DNA of 62,047 nucleotides, the filler included, from Choristocarpus tenellus KU-1152 (taxonomy: Eukaryota; Protista; Phaeophyceae): NCBI GenBank assembly GCA_964200185.2. It is 11 parts of 11 records of this genome, joined end to end, with 100 filler letters (N's around TTAATTAATTAA, not from the genome) between each part and the next. Parts side by side here need not be neighbours in the genome. Positions count along the whole stretch, not along the records: positions 53,322 to 56,719 come from CAXNAD020020306.1; positions 56,820 to 62,047 come from CAXNAD020011427.1; 9 more parts are not named here. One strand, 5' to 3'. Every line of letters begins with the position of its first letter. Within the stretch, counting starts at the first letter, position 1. A model generated the notes under the pieces. It did no database searches. It saw only the letters and a program-made list of their open reading frames with translations, and was not told the origin of the DNA. Positions 54,803 to 62,047 of this stretch are shown piece by piece. The translations under genes and the position numbers were made by a program.

Positions 54803-57519
54803 GTATCCCTCATGCATCGAAGGTTGAATTGACTTAATCAAAGTTTTCTAGTCAAATTTAATTTTAACTGAAATTTATTTTTTCAGTTCGCTCAATGCGT
54901 TACATGTGAATTCCTACTGTACTCATTTCTTCAAATACCCAATTAGTTCTTAGTAGTCAATTGGAGAGTTCTACCAGTACCGTTAATCACTACACCCATA
55001 AATATAAAACTAAGGTTAGGGCTAGCTTGTAAAAAAAAGAAACGTTGAGGCAGCAGGATCAGTAGTAAGCAAACCATCTTTGCATGCAAACAAGCTCGCC
55101 TAGAGGAGAATGAGTCACAAAAAAAGTTCATTAACAGGTTTACTTCAGAATGGTGTCAACAAATCAACACCAAATACATCCACATCTGTACCTAATTAGC
55201 TATTAACAGCACCATCAAGTCCACTAAATTGCAGCTTTGGCGTAAGCCTCTGACATAAGAAGGGCATGGTATATGTGCATGTTCCTGTCATGATCACAAA
55301 ATACCTCCAACCCTCACTACTTAGTATTGATAGAAGGCTAGTGAGTGCACCTACCAAGCAGAGTAACCAAAATGTAGTAATCGTTGATACTCACAGGAGG
55401 AAGACAACAAGCATCTTAGATAGATGTACGTGGAGTAACAACAAAGCAACAGATCAGAATGAGTGTAACGGCCACTCTCAAAATGCCATAAAAATAAATA
55501 GCAAAGCCGAATTAATCCAACCCACACTCGACACTCCCGCACTCCCAAAAGACTCATCCTCAAGACAATGATACTAAACAGGTTCACAACACAATGAACT
55601 CAATCTTTCCTAACACCAATGCAATTCTGGACCTATTCAAGGAAGTAAAACAAAGAAGAAGAAACAATTGTGTTATCAGTGCGGTAGGACTGCAAGCAAA
55701 CAAGTAGACAAGAGGGTATGACCATGGATTAAGCTTCAACCATCAACGGTATATCCATTACACCACCAGTACAACACACACCATCACACCCCGTATCCAG
55801 TGGGAATCTTCGGCAAGTCCTAAAAATCGGCAGGGCGGCAACTAATTCTGTGTATTTTATTTATTTCCCGGGATGCGTAAAAAAAGAAAAGACTGCAAAC
55901 AAGCGAGGCAGGTGATGATGCGGCAAATGAGTAACTATCGTGTTGTGCAGTGCTAAAAAAAAAGAACAAGGCTAGTAGGACAGCATGCAAACATACTCGA
56001 AACACTCCACCTATGCCTCACTTTTCACCCACAAAGTCATACCACTACCCCTGCAACGTCACTCAAATATCCAAGCACATTTCTATCACTCAAAAGGACC
56101 AGCAGCACACTTCCGACAGCCCCTACAAGGTTCTGTGATCCAATCCAAATTACACTCCACACCCCCGGAGCTCAGTCCCTACCAACCCTAATCTCAATGG
56201 CTGACTATCTCCACACCGTGTCCTCTTACTTCATCTGCCTCCGTTTTCTATCCCTTGTCATCCCATCTATTAGGTATCACTTTGCCTTCTTTGATGCTTG
56301 CTTCACAAGGTCCTCACACAGCTTCCAGACCTCCTTGCAAGAAACATCCACACTAAATGCCCACCCATCGGAATACGTCAAACGGAGCACGAAAAAAGAG
56401 GACCGAAAGGGCATGGCAGGAGGAAAATAAAAAATTTAAAAAAACAGTCCGAAAGGGTATGGCAGGAAGTACCACAGTTACAAACTCTGTGGTCTGTTGG
56501 GTTGGGCAACCAATCACGGAGCAAAAGCACTTTGTGTGTCTCTGACATACCTACAGTCTGCAAGGGAACCAACCTCGTGTCACCTCAAGTTGAAAGCCAT
56601 CAAGTAGTGAGTAACTATTCCCCATCACCCACCTTGCTTGCTGTGAGTTCCCCCCCCCCCCCCCCCCCCCCCTCCGCCCCAACCATCACCCCCCCCCCCT
56701 TTTTTTTAAAAAAAAGGTTNNNNNNNNNNNNNNNNNNNNNNNNNNNNNNNNNNNNNNNNNNNNTTAATTAATTAANNNNNNNNNNNNNNNNNNNNNNNNN
56801 NNNNNNNNNNNNNNNNNNNTTTGTTTTTTGTGGTGGGTGGTGTTGGTGTGGGTGGAGAATGGGGTGGTGGGGGGGGGGGGGGGGGGGGTGGGGGTAGAGA
56901 TGTGGTGTATTTGGTCGTGCTATCACACTGATTTTTCTGTGTTTGATGTGAGAAATAAATAGGAAGGCATTGTCCATATGAAGAGTCCTGTGAAAGGTAC
57001 TATATATATTGCGCAGTATATATATATATATATTTATTTATTTATTTATTTTTTCTCAGTTGAAAGTAAAATTGTGCTTCTTCTTCTTTCTTTTTTTTTC
57101 AGCATTTCAAGGTTTGTGCTGTTGTTGAGAGTTGAGGTTACGGATATGGTTCGACATTGCTTACTCTTTGGTCTTTTCCTTGGGTCCTGAATTGGTGAAG
57201 TTTTTTTTTTGTTCCTCAAACCTAATCTTACGCCATTGTCGCCCACTCCTTCTTAACCCCTTCCCATCAACCTCTCCTCTACAAGCACCGCCCCCCCTAG
57301 TGGCACAACCCTCTCCTCCATAGTGTGATCGAACATAGCGTGATTGAACACGCCCTGAGCCCTAACCCTAAGTAGAACAAAGCGATCTGCAAATGCATCA
57401 TTACAAAGCCACCTAGAAAGAAAAAAAAAAGAAACGAACTAAATGAATAATGATATGAGAGCGTTAAGAATCCGTCCCTGTAAACTTGTCAACCGCCCGA
57501 CGCCCCCCTTTGGCATAGA

Positions 57520-60500
57520 ACAGGACCACAGGTGCTCAATACCACCACGTAAGCCCACCACAGCAGGAGAGGCAGCCCTCCTCTACAGGGCCTGGGAATC
57601 GAGACTGCCCCGCCTAAGACGGACCGGGGTTTTGCGGATGCTGGAGGCGGTGTACTCCGTAAGAGACTTTCACTCCCCCCCCCGACGCGTTTCTCAGGTG
57701 TCGTGCAACACCACCTGTTCTTCACCAATGGAAACCCTGCTATCGTCGGAGATCGTAATGATGCCGGGGACGTGGCAAGGTCCGTGAAGGTGGATGGGAA
57801 CAATGTCACGGAGGGGGTGAAGGGAAGGGGCGGCGACTGCGGGGTTGGTGGCAGTTGTGGTGGCCGAGGCATTGCCCCAGAGCTCAAGCGAGAGCTGGGA
57901 CTGTGTCGGGAGGCATCGCCGGTACTGCTGGATAGCCGGGGGGGGTGTGCAGTCATTGGTGGGGGGAGGGGAAAGGGCTGTGGCCATCGGGAGATGCGTA
58001 GTGGTCAGGGAGGTAGCAGTGAAGATGCAGGGGACGTGGGGGGCAGTCCAACCCTGGGACTTCCCCCTGAGCTTGCACCGTATGAGAGCGTGTTTTGTGG
58101 ATTGTACCATCACCTTGCTCAGGCGTCTCGGTTGCCGACGAATATGAATACTCGAAGGTCACAGGTTGAAGAGGAAGGTGAGAAAAGAGGGGATGGGAAG
58201 GAGAGTTTCGTGTGAGTTGATGATTGGGACTTCTTTTTTTTTTCTTTTTTTCTTTTTTTTTGGGGGGGGGGGGGGGAGGTTGAACACCGGTGAAGCGGCA
58301 TTGACCATCATTTCGGGTTGAGGGTTATTGCGGAGGCAGCATGGTCTTGATTCCACAGTGTGAAGCTGTAAGTGTGGTTGAAGGAGTTTTGTTTCGAAAG
58401 TGGGGTTGCATGTTGGCTAAAGTGTGAAAGTTGTCCTCAATATAGCCTGTAAAGCCTCGAGCCTAGATGGATCTATGTATCTGTAACTATGGTCAGGTCG
58501 GTGTGTTTCATGGATTCAAGGGTTAGGGTTAGAGGGTTCGATGTCGACGGAGAACTGAATAACACAAGGAGGGCGCAAGCTACACCTTAACTACGCCTGA
58601 AGAGGCGTTCTTGACTGGTGCAGTTCTCCATTCGATAGTGTTGAGAAGGTACAAGGGTCAAAATGGTTATGATACTACAAGTCTAAAACCAACACATAGG
58701 AACATACTATGAGCATGATTGTACTTCTGTTGTCTAAACCATAACCCTAGCTCTAGGCGCGTTTTGTTACTCTTGATTTGGAGGGGACATCACGCTTTCA
58801 AGACATGGACTATGCTGAGTTGTATTCAATTCCCCCTGAACGACATCGCCATGGTCTTGCACTCATGCTGTCAAGTATTGTCACAGACTAGGCGTGGGGT
58901 TGGGGTCAGGGATGGGGCTAGAAAGCCCCTAACCCTAACCTTAAGAGATAAACACAAGGAGACTACTGGGATGGGGTGGAAAAAGTGCTGAAGAAGGGCG
59001 CCTGACCGAGGAAGTATACTTCTGGTTGTTCCTTTTTATTTATATATATATATATACATTATGAGGGAGCTCTACGCAACACACTTTGTCAGAATATTCA
59101 ATTTCGATTTTAATTGAGGTATAAAAGTGAAGTATCAACCAACAAAACTAGTGAATGACTCGAGCTGTACTGTAATCCCACACGAGCCCTAACCCTAACC
59201 CTAACCCTAACCCCGGCTTGAAGTGATGGCGGAGATGGAAATGTCTCTGCTCAAAGGCATACGGCAGAGAACTCTGGACCTAAGCTTCAGGCCGGATCGA
59301 CTGTCATCTTGGCGGGGCCTGGCGGAGGCAAGTGATGGACCCTGGAGGAAGTATAATATTTTCAAAGGCTGGATGTGACGAGTGAATTGCTTGAGGCGTG
59401 GGGGTGTGTGTGTTGTGTTTTCCTGAGGCTGGTAAGGCGTGCATCCTTTTTGTGGGGTGTTTTTTTGTCGGCATAGCATTGTTTGCATGCCTTGAAGTAT
59501 ATACATGTACATGTATATGTACATATATATATATATTCTTTGTACCTACAGGATTTTACTTTGAGTTTTATGGGAGGGGGGGGGGTTAATGAGAAAACAG
59601 ATCTTTTGTATCGCCTGTTTCAGTAGGAAACCCCTTCAATGTCACCGCAGAGATGTACAGCAGCTGCTGCTTCTTCACACTTTACCCCCCTAACCCTAAC
59701 CCTAACCCTAACCCTATATTGATCTCGGTTGTCACCCAATCAATCGATCACCCCAGTGTGTCCAAACGTTTCAGCTAGGCTGTCCACTTGCTTTCCACAG
59801 TCTAACCCTAGCCCCATCCCTAATCCTAACCCTAACCCTAACCCTGGGTCATACACCTCCTCCCTAACCCTTGCTTCACTTTTGTGCTTGTCTCATGCTG
59901 CAACTGCCTCCTTCCTGAACCTGTCCAACCTTTGAACCACAGTGTGCCAGCCGTCTCTTGGCCATCTACCTTGATGCTACACCTCCCTCATGCCACAGAC
60001 TAGGACTGCCACGTGATGTCCTTGGCCCTACCTCTCCCTCCCCAGCTCCCTTCTCCACTCCTGCCTCCATGGAGCACCTCCTTCAACACAAGGGCAGGGG
60101 AATGTCAATGCAAAGAACATCCGAATCCCCAGAGCCAGGACTGGTCCTGGCTCCAGAGCCCCCAGGTCTGGCTCTGGGTGCTGCCCCAGCCCATGTTGAT
60201 GTGACTGGTGAGCCTGCTATCTTTGGCTTGGCGCCCCTTGGTTCGGATCTCTCGTGCTTTTTCCAAGGAACGGCGCTGGACTGTTCTGCTCCGCCGCCGT
60301 CGCCTTCTGGGGCAGGGGCAAGGGCTGGGGCCGGTAGAGGCGTCGCGATTGCCGAGGGTCTTGCCTGTCTGGCTCGTGGCCTAGAATGTTCTGGGAATGG
60401 TGCCGCCGACGAGGCAGCCTCGATGGGGGCAGATGGAGGGGGAGGGGAGTCAGCGAGTGCAAGGGCAAGGGCAAGGGCAACTTCGATGATTCGGGGACTG

Positions 60501-62047
60501 TCTGCTCGAATTTCAGGAGGGAAGGCCAGTCAAGAGGTTCGGATGTGACGTGAATGGACAGTTTTGGACCGATCTCAGGGTTAGGGTTGGGGTTGGGGTT
60601 AGGGTTAGGGTTGGGGTTGGGGTTAGGGTTAGGGTTGAGATCAGGCCTTTTTATGGGGGGGGGGGGGTGTAAGACTGTTATGGAATGTTGGAGAATTCAA
60701 AGCAGTATCTACCACTCTCTCATTTTGATGCCCTACCTCCTACCCTTTCCCCAATTCCTAAGTTGTGGTGGGTTGTTGTGACCCCCCTGCACATCCTTCC
60801 CATGCCTAACCATTAATACCCCCCTTCACACACACACAACACACACACACACACAAACAACACACACACACACACACACACACACGCTGCTGCTATCAGG
60901 AGTGGTCTGCTTGTATTGGACATGCCTCAGTGGCAGCAGCTCTGTGGCTGGCTGAGCAGTCCTACGCCGTCTGGGCAGCCCTAGCAGAGGCCATGCTCAG
61001 AAAGGCTGAAGAGTCTGAGGTTGCTACTGCAACTGCCCCTGCGGCTACTGTAGCCGCTACCGCCACAGATGGAGGGAGGGCAGGCCGGGGGAGGGGGCGT
61101 ATTGTTGAGGCATTGAGGGAGATAGCTCGGTGTTGTGAGGTCTGTGCCATGCTCGAGTATGCTTCACGAGATGGTTGTGCTCAAAACAATCGTTTATTTT
61201 GTTTATTTGTTTGTTTTTTATTTGTGGTTGGTACTACCGTTATTTTTTTATTTATTTTTATTCTTTATTCTTTATTCTTTATTGCGGTCATGACTCGCGT
61301 CTACTACTGCGAATCTCAAAGGTCTGCTTTTTCATCTTTTTTTTAATTTTCAGAAAAGAAAAGAAAAAATTCCGTACTATTTGATACCAAATTTGGTTCT
61401 CATTTGCAGGAGGAGGCGTACATGAGGTACATGGTGGCCAGGGACGTCTGGTGTGAGGATTATGGGTACGATACGAACGACTCAACTGCCTCCTCTTTAC
61501 CACAGGAGAATGACTCCTGCCCTTTTTCGAAACGAGGTTTTGACTCTTCTTCAGCCTTGCCGCCCTCGGAGCTGCCCCCTCCCCTGCCACAGAGCCATGC
61601 CATTGCATTCCGTAGCGCCACCACCGGATGCAGTGAAGGCAGAGGTAGTGTTGAAGGGGTCAGAACTGGCCGAGAGGCCTTCTTGAGGAGTTCGCTGGGC
61701 TTGATGCTAAAGGCCAAGCGATTGAGTGAGATGGCAGCGGTTCAAGGGGTTAGGCCTTCGTCGAAACCCCCAAGGGTCAGACAGTTTAAACCTGGAAGAC
61801 AAGCGGTCTCCTCCTCTTCCACCCCCTCCGACAGTGTCTCAGGAATCACTCCGACTTTGATGGAGAGTGTTGGGGAGGAGGCAGGGGAGGAGGCAGCGAT
61901 GATGGTGGTATCGCCTCCGTTAGGAACAGAGGTGTGTGATGGGGCCTTGGAGGGGCGGGGGGGGGAGGGGGAGGGGGAGGGGGAGGGGGGGAGAGATGTA
62001 GATGAAGATGGAGGCGAGGGGGCGGAGGCGGGGGTCTGCTTTCCCCG
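57520..62047 (+). CDS. CABIN1: Internal exons of a large CABIN1/Hir3-like protein (partial)
   Basis: Exons ~57520-~58160 (boundaries uncertain), 59224-59327, 59943-60536, 60900-61139 and 61410-end, with Gly/Ala/Pro-rich insertions. PYESVFCGLYHHLAQ and LDLSFRPDRLSSWRGLAE resemble, from recall, the PY..VY..LYY.LAQ and DL...P.RF.SW..LA motifs of CABIN1. Confidence 0.55.
59187..59212. repeat. Interstitial telomere-type (CCCTAA)n
   Basis: Four CCCTAA units. Further runs at ~57352-57371, 58519-58537, 58927-58941, 59688-59716, 59802-59870, 30715-30731 and 33825-33844. Confidence 0.9.
60577..60637. repeat. Interstitial telomere-type (TTAGGG/TTGGGG)n in an intron
   Basis: About ten mixed TTAGGG/TTGGGG units starting 40 bp after the donor at 60537. 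Confidence 0.9.

Noticed and set aside
53400-56350. Short candidate minus-strand exons (e.g. EVWKLCEDLVKQASKK, AEQGPLAGMG)
   Set aside because: No recognisable motif, and I could not build a phase-consistent model.
59187-60637. True chromosome end
   Set aside because: The repeats are short, in both orientations and lie inside introns of a continuing gene.

Overview
Eukaryotic nuclear DNA, most likely a brown alga or a close ochrophyte relative. The evidence is intron-rich genes, a nuclear atp1 with a presequence, a mastigoneme-type EGF exon, a brown-algal-type LRR N-cap exon and TTAGGG repeats. The window is 11 sequence blocks joined by ten artificial 100-bp linkers (N44-TTAATTAATTAA-N44). 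Genes reconstructed by hand from splice sites and phases: 5' part of mitochondrial ATP synthase alpha (9 exons), a complete MOSC/mARC-like gene head-to-head with a complete NAT9 gene, a 146-aa coiled-coil gene head-to-head with the start of GAS8/DRC4, part of a CABIN1-like gene, and two orphan exons. The rest is transposon-rich: decayed Copia and Gypsy elements, a decayed DDE transposase-like ORF, and 14 copies or fragments of two related MITE families with 4-bp TSDs. The most unusual structure is a Copia-derived unit at 2888-5759. It has three LTR-like copies, its two outer LTRs are inverted, one 5-bp TSD (AATAC) flanks the whole unit, no tRNA primer-binding site is visible, and a purine tract points into an LTR at all four internal junctions. 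All calls are by eye; no database searches were run.
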